From contig OZ024742.1 of the NCBI GenBank assembly GCA_964016885.1, positions 194,370,001 through 194,434,000 on the forward strand: a DNA stretch of 64,000 nt. Direction: 5' to 3'. Positions 23,891-36,768 of the stretch are shown in pieces (position 1 is the stretch's first letter; the number at the start of each line of letters is the position of its first letter). The position numbers and the translations under genes are program-made. The notes below the pieces were generated by a model. The model did no database searches. It saw nothing but the letters and a program-made list of their open reading frames with translations, and had not been told where the DNA came from. The DNA is from Eledone cirrhosa. Lineage: Eukaryota.

Positions 23891-24259
23891 ATGGATAATA
23901 CTACAGAAGATGTGCTTACAGATGAGGCATCAACGATACCGTGTTTCAATGCATACTGTGCCTCGGACGAAGACTACATTGAAATGGTTGAAGAATTTGT
24001 TCAGCCTAATGTAGGAGAATGGATTTTAGTTGTCATCTTCATCATCCTCTTCATAGTAGGTTTGGTTGGTAACTTTCTCGTATGTTATGCAGTCATCAAA
24101 AACAGCCAGATGCGAACTGTCACCAACCTATTCATCATGAACCTAGCTCTTGCCGATTTCATGGTGATTTTGATCTGCCTGCCTTCATCCCTGCTTGTTG
24201 ATGTATCGGAAACGTGGTTTTTTGGAGAGGCAATGTGTAAAATATTCCTTTACTTGCAG
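23891..24259 (+). CDS. First coding exon of an orexin/allatotropin receptor-like class A GPCR (N-terminus to start of TM3)
   Basis: C.N.YC.SDEDYI N-terminus, EWIL...GLVGNFLVC (TM1), MRTVTNLFIMNLALAD (TM2), DVSETWFFGEAMCK..YLQ; acceptor tttctatttcAG at 23862; donor CAG|GTACGT at 24259/24260, phase 0. Confidence 0.92.
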
Positions 24260-25734
24260 GTACGTCTTGCTTTCATTTATTACTTTCCTTTTATATTCAG
24301 TTAACTTTTTCTCCTTTTGCTGTCTTTTTTATTATGGTTAATATTCATTATGGTTAATATACTTATTATACATGTGTAATTTATGTTCTTACTTTAGCTT
24401 CAGGCAAGTGCTGCCATTGTTCTTCTCATTGTTCCATGTATAATGCATGCTGATTACATATGTCTACTTCCCGTATTAATACGACAGGATGTTATTTGAC
24501 AGAGATTTGTCTCTTATGTCTAGCAGGTTCAAATACAAACTGAATCAAGTTGTAAATGTTTGAGTCATATTTGAACACATGTTTATTCAGTCAGAGTTGA
24601 CCACGGGTTAAAAAGAGCAATAACAACAATATAACAACGGTGAATACAGATGATTATGGAATAATTATATTGTAATTCAAGTTGTTGCACTCGAAATATT
24701 ATGCTGTTATTGAAAGCTGTTATTCAACATTGAGTTTGTGTCTTTTCACATGTCTACTTCAAATAAGTATATACAATGAGTGGATTTATAGTTAACTTAT
24801 AAACTGTCTTGATAATTGTAGCGCATATTTATTATTTAATGATTTAAGCTACCAGTTTTATTAGCAGAACATATATTATATGTAATCTACAGCTAATCGT
24901 ACGCTAAAATGTATAAACCTATAATTTAGTATTAGCTTTCTGTGGTAATTGTTGTCTAATTCGCAGAACTTGTGATATGACTTGAAGCAATTCAACTATA
25001 TTGAATTTTTCTAGGTTGTTATCGAGGAAATAATTGTTTTTCTTCCTAGCTTCCATGCATCAAATTATATTTATCTTATCATATATTCTACCGTAAACAT
25101 ATTATATTATATCAATGTCAGCTCGTAAGAATCAAGAGAATTACTATTTGGAGGTAATTGGTGATGTTATTAAATTTATGAACGAAACAATGAGGTCATT
25201 GTATACGGTAAGTGAATTTTTATTGAAGAAAATGTGTAAATAATGAGGGAGGGCAACTTGGCTTCCATCGGAAAAATATTCATGAATTACTTTAATAATA
25301 TCAATTATATTTCATAATAATGACTTGTAACATTATGTATGCTTAAGGGATTTTCAATATTTTTGTACTTGCGTACGTTGTAGGTGGAAACACGCGACCT
25401 AGTTATTATAACATCATGAATTGCTCTTTCAAAAGTTTGTCTCCTTATCAATAGCCTGAATTGCATTATAGCTATGTTATATAATATATGTATTGCTTAA
25501 GATGATGTGTGAAACATTATATTAGTGGTTGGGTTATGTATAAATAACACCAGAGTAATATATATTACAGCAAAGTACGTAATAAAACGAATTATGGAAA
25601 TTGCCTTCGTCCCATCTGAATTGGAAAGAAACATGAGGTTGAATGCTCGATACTACTTACACCTTTATTTATTGATTGGCTGGAGTGTGTAAAAGCAAGC
25701 CCAGATGGTCAACATTTTGAAAGATATATATATA

Positions 25735-25840
25735 TAAAATATTAAAAAAATAATGAATAAAACAATGAAACAGTTCCTTATATTAAACAAAAAAAGTTCA
25801 TTATTTAACGATCGTTTCTAGGATATATATGTGTTAGAAT
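25735..25840 (-). repeat. Truncated copy of the 29759-30170 element terminus
   Basis: aatgaataaaacaatgaaacagttccttatattaaac...aacgatcgtttctaggatatatatgtgttagaat. Confidence 0.8.
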
Positions 25841-25857
25841 ATATATGTAGATTTATC

Positions 25858-25899
<42 letters not shown>

Positions 25900-25909
25900 A
25901 ACAAGTAAG

Positions 25910-26003
25910 ACCCCGACGGCTGAGCTCAAGCCGTTTCGACGGCTAATTCTGGACTGAATGAAAATTTATTCTGGTATTTAAATAGCCGAGCTTATCAAGA
26001 GGT
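25910..26003 (-). ncRNA. Hammerhead motif with U3-A8 variant core and full stem III
   Basis: Minus: acctc TTGATAA gctcggcta...tagccgtc GAAA cggct tgagctc agccg TC ggggt. Confidence 0.65.
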
Positions 26004-27234
26004 AATTCCATATATGGTCAAAGAGATAATCACCAGGATTGGTCACATCACAAGTTAGTAGTAAATCTGTGATGGCAAATTGGTAGGGGAAGGGGTAGCA
26101 GAACCTGCCGGTAGGAGAAACAGGGAGAGGGGGTGGAGTAGACCAATTCATGCGTTGGTAGTGCCGTCTACAGCTGGGTGTGAGGTCAAAGAAGATACTG
26201 GGGAGGGGGAGGGGGAGGAAGTCGAAACGGTAAGTAAGAACAATGAAGGGTAAAACTATAAAAAGTACTGTATGGCCGAGAATATAAGGAAAATGCTATA
26301 GTAAGTTATAATATGAATTAAGAAGTAATTGAGAAGTAAAAGTTGCAGATTAAAGATTAGAAATTAAAAAAGAAAAAAGGATAAAAAAGAAGAAAAATAG
26401 GGGACCGTTAACGACATAGAATGAGTAAATTGTATAATATACTGAAATAAGGTAGAAAGATGGGTATATTTGTAAAAGATATAAAAGCGTTTGAGAAAAG
26501 AAGATTTTAAACTAATTTGGTAGTAAGATATTAGTTGTATACTTTATGGAAAATGCTATGGGATTTATGCAAGCAGAGCGAAAATAAATCCGTACGTCTA
26601 TTTATTATAGAATTAAAATTAGAGATAATGGTAAATTTCTCGGTTAGGCAGAGATTACATGTTGTGGATAGGGAAGAATTCAGGTAAGGAAAGGCGTTGC
26701 AAACCTTCCTCCAAGAAATGTTGTAGTTAATATGTTTGTCTTTTAAGGACCATATGAGTTCTGAGAGTGCCGTGTTAGTTCTTTTCAGTTGGAATTTAAA
26801 AGACGAATTGTGATTATAAAATCTTGCTTTAAAGGAAGTGGCAGTGGAACCAAAATAGGTAAAATAATTAGTACCAGTTATAACCTTACATTCATACACT
26901 AAATTTTTTTCAAGACATTGGTTACTAAGAGGACATTTAGTTCTAACAGGGCAATTGCAAAATTACGATTAGAGAAATTACCATAGTTATTAGCAAGTGA
27001 CCTAGATTTATTTATAGAAGGAATTGGATTGGAGAAGTTATTTACGACAGGTGCTAAAGTTTCACGATTTAGATTGGTGTTATGAACATTCGACAAAGTT
27101 ACGTTTGACGTCGTATTTAAATTTACGGAATCTAGCCTAGAGTTAACATTGACGTCGGGTTTACTATTGCTATTATTATGACGCTCAGTGTTGGATGGAC
27201 ATAATTTATTATTTAATAAGTAAATATCTTTAAG

Positions 27235-27781
27235 TCGTTTGGAAGCCTTGACAATGCAAATGGGTAAATCTCCGGGTAACAAGATCCGGTGGTGGAGAGA
27301 GAGATGTAAGTGGGTGTACGTTGAGATGCGTGGTGTCTGATCGATTGTTTATTTGCGGTTGCAGGCGTTTGATAAAAAGCGCTTCCTTGATACGTAACGT
27401 GCCGACGTTTCTTTCAGTCGCTAGAATTGTGACAATGGGCCTTCCGTCTTTGTTTCCGCATTTGTCTATGTGTTTCCGGAAAGACGAGGCCCTGGTTTTA
27501 GTGTGTTCTTTGATCCGGATGTGCAAAGGTCGGATTGTGTTACCTATGTAGTATTGGTTGCACCTGTCACATTCTATCTTATACACGACTTATTTGCGTA
27601 GGCAACAGTTCGCATGGCGTATCGGGCAGTCTCTGGGGGAGCATGCGTCAGTAGATTTCCCGGGTTTCCTGGAGAGGCATCTTCGCAGGGAGGGGCCCGA
27701 GTGGGCCAGGTGGATGTCGAGGCCCTCCCTCCGTATAGCCTTGCGGATAGCATTGGTGGTATTCTCGCCCAGGTGTGGCAT
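27235..27781 (-). mobile_element. Nested 5'-truncated PLE (Poseidon-like GIY-YIG)
   Basis: VYKIECDRCNQYYIGNTIRPLHIRIKEH...KEALFIKRLQPQIN; flanked by tttaag at 27229-27234 and 27782-27787. Confidence 0.8.
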
Positions 27782-27967
27782 TTTAAGGAAGCACTTGCTA
27801 TTTTATCATTATGTTTAGAGATAATGTTAGAGATGTTGGAAGTGGTGGTATAAGAGAATTTAATTGTATGTTTGTTAAAGATCTTACTCTAAATATGCAA
27901 GGGAGGGAAACATTTATCTAAGGCCCTAAAAAATAGTTTAGGAATATTACTAGTAATAGATAGAGAA

Positions 27968-29538
27968 AAAGGAGAGATTCGTCAGGAGAAAAGGAGAGAT
28001 TCGTCAGGAGAAAAGAATTGCGTTGGCCGTTGCATCGTCCGGGTTCGCTGCTACTTTGCTGCCGGTAAGCAGGACAGCACATTCAACCTTTAAACATCTC
28101 TTGGATTTAGTAAAAACTGAGACACCAACATGCAATATCAGCAAGAGTTCACACGAAGCTCTGGTTCTCAAAAAGTGTTGCCTCATTGTTTGGGATGAGT
28201 GCACACTGGCAAACAAGGGTGTTCTTGAGGCATTGAACAGGACCCTGAAAGACATTAGGTATTCTACGGCTCCTATGGGTGGCATATTCCTTCTGCTATC
28301 AGAGGATTTTCGGCAAACGCTGCCTGTCATACCCAAAGGGACAAGAACTGATGAAGTGCGTACCTGCCTTAAAGCGTCCATGTTGTGGCTCTAGGTGAAG
28401 TATTTGTACCTGAGCACAAATATGCGTGCACATTTGCATGGTGACAACATGTCTGCAGCATTTGCTCAGAATATTTTAGCACTTGGTGAGGGCAACGTCT
28501 CTGCGGATGACAAGGGCGGCATAGCAATCGACTCCCTCTGCAAAATTGTGAGCAGCCCTTCTGACCTTTGGGAAGCAGTTTTTCCTAATGTCTCAACTAA
28601 CTTTAAAAAACCTCGATTGGCTCAGCGAAAGAGCCATCCTTGCTCCGAAAAATACCATGGTTAATTTTATTAACGAGCAGCTGATTGAGAAGTTTCCCGG
28701 TAAAGAACACATCTTCAAATCTATCGACCGGACGTCAGACTTCGACGATATCGTTAATTATCCAGTTGAGTTATTAAATTCCCTTGAGCCCCGAGGGCTC
28801 CCACCTCACATTCTTAAGCCCTGGGTTGGTTGTCCCATTATGCTAATAAGGAACTTGCGTCCACCAAAGCAGTGCAACGGTACTCGCATGGTCGTCAAGT
28901 CACTGACGCCCCACTTGATCGAGGCCACCATTGTAACGGGGTGCGGGAGAGGGGAGAATGTTTTCATTCCAAGGATGAACCTTTTCCCCTCGGCGTCACA
29001 TATCCAGTTCGATTTCCGGCGATCCCAATTCTCAGTGAGACCATGTTTTGCCATGTTCATTAACAAGTCACAAGGGCAAACATTGTGGGTGGAGGGCATC
29101 CATTTGGGTGAGTCATGCTTCTCCCACGGCTAAATTTATGTTACCTGTTCTCGCGTAGGGCACAGGAATGGACTTTTTGCTTACACTCCTCAAGGGATGA
29201 CACGCAATATCTTCTACAAAGAGGTGCTATAGATGTTGGTGCAGGTGCTGGAGCTATGCCGTCTGGAAAACTGGTAGGGTCACCCATAGCGGACAGATCT
29301 GACACCCAGCGGCATCAGGGCCACCATCTTGCAACTTTGGTCTACTAAATTCGCTATTGGAAGATTATTAACCCATCATTGATTGTCCAAAATGGTAATT
29401 GGTTCGTAACTATTAATAACCGGTTCAACTGCTTTATGCACTTAATTGATAAGCTTATGCGCCTTCAAGCTACGTTTACCTGTTTGTAACTTTTCATAGC
29501 AAATGAACAAACCCGAGCAACGCCGGGCTAAACAGCTA

Positions 29539-29539
<1 letters not shown>
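27968..29539 (+). mobile_element. Helitron 3' part (PIF1 helicase pseudogene)
   Basis: VASSGFAATLL, RTAHSTFK, IVWDEC, DFRQTLPV, LPPH.L, CNGTR, INKSQGQT; 3' hairpin cccg-agcaacgc-cggg and CTAG|T at 29536-29540. Confidence 0.92.
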
Positions 29540-29627
<88 letters not shown>

Positions 29628-29758
29628 GATAAATCTACCAAGAGTTTACGGTAGTGTCCAATCCGTATGAAGAACTCAATGTATTCAGGATATCATGGAA
29701 AGAAGAGATGTAATGAAAAATCACTTTCGGTGAAAGATAAACGGTATACAGAGTCAAG

Positions 29759-30161
29759 ATAAAATATTAAACAAATAATGAATAAACAATGAAACAGTTC
29801 CTTATATTAAACAAAAAAAGTTCATTATTTAACGATCGTTTCTAGGATATATATGTGTTAGAATTGGCATGCATATTCAACAGATCTATGTACAAAATTA
29901 TACAAAATTATACAAACTATCAAGATTAAACATACATACCAACACATATATACGCCGTCTATTTCTGAAGACGGCGTATATATGTGTTGGTATGTATGTT
30001 TAATCTTGATAGTTTGTATAATTTTGTATAATTTTGTACATAGATCTGTTGAATATGCATGCCAATTCTAACACATATATATCCTAGAAACGATCGTTAA
30101 ATAATGAACTTTTTTTGTTTAATATAAGGAACTGTTTCATTGTTTATTCATTATTTGTTTA

Positions 30162-30170
<9 letters not shown>
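29759..30170. repeat. Apparently perfect palindrome, 202-bp arms, 8-nt loop
   Basis: Arms 29759-29960 and 29969-30170, loop atttctga; right end abuts (TA)n. Confidence 0.92.
29960..30103 (+). ncRNA. Type I hammerhead motif with 115-nt stem II insert
   Basis: tattt CTGAAGA cggcg tatatatgtgttgg...ctaacacatatata tccta GAAA cgatcg TT aaata; base of stem II is imperfect. Confidence 0.65.
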
Positions 30171-30227
<57 letters not shown>

Positions 30228-30228
30228 A

Positions 30229-30351
<123 letters not shown>

Positions 30352-31170
30352 TATAAATATATATATATATAGAGAGAGAGAGAGAGTGAGAGAGAGATGA
30401 GCATATATATATATATGCGTGTAGAAATATTTGTATATCTACATACATACATATATATACATGTATATACATCTATATGTATAAATCCACACACATTTAT
30501 ATATATATACAAATAATTATATATAATTTTTTGCATATATATATATTTCTAAATATATATTTATATATATATATATGAATTGATCATGTATAGATTTACA
30601 ATTGTATAACCCCTGGCGTGCTTATGAAACATGTTTCAACTAGTGATGATACTGAATATAATTTCAGTATGGACAAAAATTATTTCTGAAACCATTCAAG
30701 ATATATATTATTCTGCACTAAAAGGAAATATACACAATTAAATTATGCATTGATAAAACCTGAAAATGATTTCATAATATGTAATTCATTTGCATTCACT
30801 GACTGAATTATATTTTGACTAGTGAGAGAGATTGAATTTCATGCTTTTGCTCACAGCACAAATGACGCCATTGCATAGAAATTATTTCCACGAACAAGAG
30901 AATCTAGGTAAGTTGGAGAATAGCTAGAATTTTGCATCTTCATCTGGATTAATAATCTGCAGTACATTTATCGTGACCAACTTCAGGTATCGTTAACACC
31001 CAGCTGGTTGTATAACAGGGATTTATAGATTCCTCTTTTATGTGTAGTACTCATGCATTCACTGAAATTTAGGTCTCTCCAATACATGAAATTATCCATT
31101 TATTTCACTTTATATAAACATATATATATATATATATATGGCCACAAATGTATATATATATATATATATA

Positions 31171-32617
31171 TGAAAAAGTGAGTCCTTCATCAGTGACCCT
31201 CCAACCGTCCTCGGCATTTCATCGCTTTAAGGGCCATATGCCTCAGGTTGGTGCGAACAACGGCTAAAAAAAGTCGTTGGGACACGTAAATAAAGGGGGA
31301 CGCTAGAGTAACAACAAAAAGGGTTTAAGCAACGGAAAGTGAGTAGAAATAGACAAGTCCCAGATCTCTATGAATATAAACTCTGTGAAATCGTGAACAA
31401 GAGACGAAAGACCGTCGAACCTGGTAGAAATGTGAGCAAGGAAAGAATTTCGCCCAAGTTTGACGGGGGGAAAAAAGAGAGAGAGAGAGAGACAGAGACA
31501 GAGAAAGGAGAGAAGAGGAGGAAGAAGAAGAAGAAGAAGAAGAAGAAGAAGAAGAAGAAGATAAGGTGGTCTGGTCTGCGAATTCGGTAAACGCAAGTTT
31601 TGTGAAGTCACAGACGAAAGAGAGAGAGAAAAATAATTCCATACCAGCTCGGTCAAGACTGCGCGAGAAAAGAATTACACACAGGTCAAACTTGAAGGAG
31701 GGGGAGGAGGAGAGGTAGTGATAGAGAATGAGTGAGTGAAAGTTGAGGAGAGGGTAACAGACAGAGAGGGAGACTGCTAGAAGTGGTAAGGATACAAGGA
31801 ACGAAACAGACAGGCAGCATGGAAAAGTAATATGTGTAAATATGATGATAATAATGGAGCTGCGGCGTTGCAAATGGGATACATATGAAAAAGTGAGTCC
31901 TTCATCAGTGACCCTCCAACCGTCCTCGGCATTTCATCGCTTTAAGGGCCATATGCCTCAGGTTGGTGCGAACAACGGCTAAAAAAAGTCGTTGGGACAC
32001 GTAAATAAAGGGGGACGCTAGAGTAACAACAAAAAGGGTTTAAGCAACGGAAAGTGAGTAGAAATAGACAAGTCCCAGATCTCTATGAATATAAACTCTG
32101 TGAAATCGTGAACAAGAGACGAAAGACCGTCGAACCTGGTAGAAATGTGAGCAAGGAAAGAATTTCGCCCAAGTTTGACGGGGGGAAAAAAGAGAGAGAG
32201 AGAGAGACAGAGAAAGGAGAGAAGAGGAAGAAGAAGAAGAAGAAGAAGAAGAAGAAGAAGAAGAAGAAGAAGAAGAAGAAGAAGAAGATAAGGTGGTCTG
32301 GTCTGCGAATTCGGTAAACGCAAGTTTTGTGAAGTCACAGACGAAAGAGAGAGAGAGAAAAAAAATTCCATACCAGCTCGGTCAAGACTGCGCAAGAAAA
32401 GAATTACACACAGGTCAAACTTGAAGGAGGAGGAGGAAAGAGGAGGAGGAGAGGTAGTGACAGAGAATGAGTGAGTGAAAGTTGAGGAGAGGGTAACAGA
32501 CAGAGAGGGAGACTGCTAGAAGTGGTAAGGATACAAGGAACGAAACAGACAGGCAGCATGGAAAAGCAATATGTGTAAATATGATGATAATAATGGAGCT
32601 GCGGCGTTGCAAATGGG

Positions 32618-32624
<7 letters not shown>
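31171..32624. repeat. Head-to-tail duplication of a 715/739-bp unit
   Basis: Units 31171-31885 and 31886-32624 are near identical except for (AAG)n/(GA)n lengths; flanked by (TA)n. Confidence 0.95.
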
Positions 32625-32656
<32 letters not shown>

Positions 32657-32782
32657 AACACATCATTAAAATTTTAGACTCTACTTCACTGAAACATCTC
32701 ATTAGATATATAATATATATACATATATGTATATGTAGGTGTGTGTATGTGTGTGTAAACATATAAAACGCTTCTCGCTGAA

Positions 32783-34920
32783 GTAGAGTCACGGGACCAC
32801 CAACACGGCCAGTCTGTGGAGCTAACATTGCTAGTAACTACAGACTGTCCTACTTCCTCTGCCTGAGCATACGCCCCATCATTGAAATGCCCCCAGATGT
32901 ATGTGACAGCACGGAGGACCTCCTCAGCAGAATCGGCAAGGGTAACCGATCTAGGGACCTAACAAACTGCATTATAGGTAGTATGGATGTTGTGTCCCTG
33001 TATCCATCTATTGACGTGGATTTTGCCGTGGAGAAATGCGTAGAAATGATCAGTGAGAGCAATGTTGAGTTCCGTGGGATTGATACCAGTGAGCTGGGAC
33101 TCCTACTTAAACTTACCTATAGTAATAATTACCTAGACACATATGACCTTAGCAACCTGTACCCTACAAGACCAGCAAGAGGCAGACCACCTACCATTAC
33201 CTCAATGTCCAAGAAAACCTACACAGATAGATGGAATGGGTGGACCAGAGCCATACGGACCCCCGAAAACAACGATGAACTAAAGAAAATGATTGCACAT
33301 GCGGTGGGGGCCAGCATAAAATTAACCCTTAAGGAACATATGTTCAAATTTAATGGAAAAACATATGCCCAAGAGGAAGGAGCAGACATTGGTGTTAGAA
33401 TTGCAGGCGACATAGCTAACTTATTCATGGTATGGTGGGACAGTAGACTTAAACTTAAAATTAAAGAACAATTAGAAGACCCCTTAAACCTGATAATGTA
33501 CTCCCGCTACGTTGATGATATAAACATCGTAGTTAAAACACCCTCACTAGAGAACAGTCAGGAATTAGAGAAAAACACAATGGAAAGCATCCAGCAAATA
33601 GCTAACTCCATCCACCAGAGTATTAGAGTTACTATAGACTACCCAATAAACACCCCAACCATCGATTACCTGTACTAGACACAGAGCTCTGGTTAGATAC
33701 CATTAATAACAACAAACAAATCCTCCATTCCCATTATGCCAAACCCATGACTTCCAAATATCTGATCCACAGAAACTCAGCTGTTTCGGACCATACCAAA
33801 ATCAACATACTGATTGCAGATTTAGTACGGGTAATGAGAAACGTGTCCCGAATGTGCAACCCCGAAGAACTAGAGAGACGCATGCAACACTTCATCCACC
33901 GTATGCAGTTCTCTGGTTACAATCAGAGATATAAAATCAGAGTGTATAGAGGAGCCAGAACCAAATAGGAAAAAAATGTTAAATAATGACACAAATGGGA
34001 CCTGCCCCTTGTATAGGAGGAAATTTTGGAATACAATAGAAAGAACTAGGAATAAGGCTAATAGAATAAATTCATGGTATGATAGCAATAAATACCAGAG
34101 TGTAATGTTCATCGATACAACCCCTAGAGGTGAATTAGCTTACACATTTAGAACGGCCCTAGATAAACATAAACTCAATATTAAGATAGTAGAAAGACCA
34201 GGTACCTCCATAAAAACACTTATTAGCAAGACATACCCTTTTCAAAGACCCCCTGTATAGATAAGAAATGTATAACCTGTAAATTAAGCCCCCATATTAA
34301 CTGTAAAACTAGAAATGTAGTGTATAGCATAAGAAGTACTGAAGGAAAATGTAGAGACAAAAATATAGTGTACATATGTAAGACAGCTCGTAGTGTAGGG
34401 GAACGGATAAAGGAACACTGGCGAGACCTTCAAGATAGTAAAGAATCATCTGTACTCTACCAACATGCTAAAATAGAACATAAGGGTAAATTAGAGAACA
34501 TAGAAATAAAAATAGAATCTACACACAGAAAAGACGCAATGTTTAGACAAATCACAGAGGCAATAAACATAAAAGAATTACAACCAAAATTAAATAGAAA
34601 ACATGAGTGGAACACAACTTACAATTAAGGACAAAATGAAAACACACACGCACATAGAACAAACAACCAACCTGTAACATGTAAATAAACAAATAAATAA
34701 ACGAATATAAACACACACAGACACCCGGATGTGGCGCAGGCGCAGACTGAGCACACAACACACAAACAGAAACAAGATGGCGTAGGACAGAACAAAGGGG
34801 AGGCACAAAAACAAAGAAAAGAATCCCCAGTCACTGAAGAGGTCACAGAATGTGTGAGGAAAGAACTTTGACAATATATAAACCACCATCTAGTTGTGGA
34901 ACCAACCAACCAACCGGAAA
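32783..34920 (+). mobile_element. PLE, 5'-truncated and frameshifted, same family as 10060-13245
   Basis: GPPTRPVCGANIASNY, SMDVVSLYPSI, YSRYVDD, KTRNVVYSIR, LYQHA...H; hammerhead relic in 3' UTR. Confidence 0.92.
34830..34872 (+). ncRNA. Degenerate minimal hammerhead at PLE 3' end
   Basis: gtca CTGAAGA ggtcaca gaatg tgtgag GAAA gaac TT tgac. Confidence 0.55.
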
Positions 34921-35016
34921 TTTATAAATTCCTAAATTTATAAATGTATTATTATAAATTGAAGTGAAACACTGGTTCGTGTGTTTCTTATTGGCAACAT
35001 GACCCTCCCAAAGTAT

Positions 35017-35079
<63 letters not shown>

Positions 35080-35084
<5 letters not shown>

Positions 35085-36290
35085 AAGTAATTAAGTCAAA
35101 TAATTAAGATTTGGTTTCGTTTATTAAAGATGTACTGCTATATATATTTCGGTGACAGCCATCATTCGCTGTGACCTCTTCAGGCAGTTCGAATTGGTGT
35201 GGTAGAGACAGATAAACATGTTGTTAAAGTGTTTTACTCCGTCAATACTCCGCTATGTCCAGCTCCTGGTTGGGTTGTTATTTCTCTGAGGAACTGGAAT
35301 CATATGAATTCGAACAAACGAATTTCGGCATCATAGGACACTCACTCTCCCCATAGGTCAGTTGTGAGAACATTCCTCAGTCAAACGTATATAGAAATTT
35401 TGTTCTGATATAGTCACGATTGACGGGGTACACATTCAAGGGGACGCCTGGCCCGGTCACCATGGGGCATGGCACCGTGGCTGGGGTGTGCTGTTCTACA
35501 TGTTTGGGGTATCCGACCGGGTGACCGTGGGCCCAGTGTTAGCCGGTCCGGCCTAGGCGATGTATCTGCCCAATGTTGTGTGCTCGGTCAGGTGCGACCA
35601 TGGTTTACATATGTTTTCCACACGGGTCGCACAATGTCATCGGGGCATGGCGTCAGGTCCCCTAATCCCGTAGGGCCGTTCGGGACTGTGCGTACCCGCT
35701 CCCATGCTCCCGGCCTGCGATACCCGGAGAATTGCATGCTTGCAAATGTGCATCTTCTCTGGTATCTGCAGGTCATGATAATTTCAGACTTCAGATTGAC
35801 CGCGTCATCTTTCAGTCTGACTATCTCCATGGCCTCGCGTAGGCATAATCGTCACATTCTACTTCCAGCCGAGTATGCTCTCGCATGCCGAACGATACTC
35901 CATTCCAGGCCGTACGGAGTGCCTTGGTCTTTCAGGTCCCACACCAGGTCCGCTAACCTAGTGGAATGCCTTTTGATACGGTCCTTGAAGGAATTCGTGT
36001 GATTATACATCGGCGATTTAAAGGTCCTGGATGTTGCGCCGATGTAGGTGCGATGCCCAATTGGGGTTGTAACCACATACTTGTATATCATGTCCTTCAT
36101 CAGGCATTTTCCCTGTAGGGGGCACTGGGTACCCGATCTGCAGTTACAAGTTCTATTGTCAGTTCTTACGCATCCGATGTCCGGTCCTCGATCTGTTATG
36201 GCCCTCTCAAGGTTCCCTGGGTTTTGTTCCTCGACACTGTTGTCTCCCCTATGCCACTAGTTCCCTCTCGGCGTTGGATCACATCACCCC
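35080..36290 (-). mobile_element. Hydra-clade-like PLE 3' fragment (GIY-YIG + 3' UTR)
   Basis: CNCRSGTQCPLQGKCL (CxCx5C), IYKY...YIGATSRTFK..MYNH..SF; ends in (TA)n. Confidence 0.85.
35134..35188 (-). ncRNA. Minimal type I hammerhead ribozyme
   Basis: Minus: actgc CTGAAGA ggtcacagc gaatgatg gctgtcacc GAAA tatata TA gcagt; 5-bp stem I, 8/9-bp stem II, canonical core. Confidence 0.85.
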
Positions 36291-36569
36291 CCGCGTTCCA
36301 CTTTGGAACAATGATTATTACTGTCATTATTGTTTTATTATTGTTACTTTTCCTATATACGCACCTAAGTTTGCACCTCATACAGGTAGTATGAGGTGCA
36401 AAGCTCCTACCCTCCCGTCTTTTATTTACCCCTTTCTTTATGTATCTATTTTTTTTTTATATATCCATTTGTGAAGTTACATACAGATTTTGATGCATTC
36501 TAAAATATTGTAAATTTATTTATTTTATTTTATTATTCTATTGTGTAGACCTGTGCGTAAGTATATGTA

Positions 36570-36605
<36 letters not shown>

Positions 36606-36706
36606 CGTGGGTGTGTACGGGGGTGTGTATATGTGCATGTGTACGTATATTCATGAGCTTATGAACGCGTGTGTGTGCATGTACCTGTATGCACGTATGT
36701 AGCTGA

Positions 36707-36768
<62 letters not shown>

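Larger units (their letters stand above)
25897..27965 (-). mobile_element. Hydra-clade-like PLE 3' part (linker + GIY-YIG + 3' UTR with hammerhead), interrupted by a nested PLE
   Basis: LDKCFP...KIFNKHTIKFSY (~27800-27930); CNCPVRTKC-PL (CxCx5C); VYEC...YFGST..FKARFYNH...CNLCLTEK (26531-26899). Confidence 0.85.

Noticed and set aside
35469-36002. 177-aa plus-strand ORF
   Set aside because: Antisense shadow of the GC-rich PLE endonuclease and UTR
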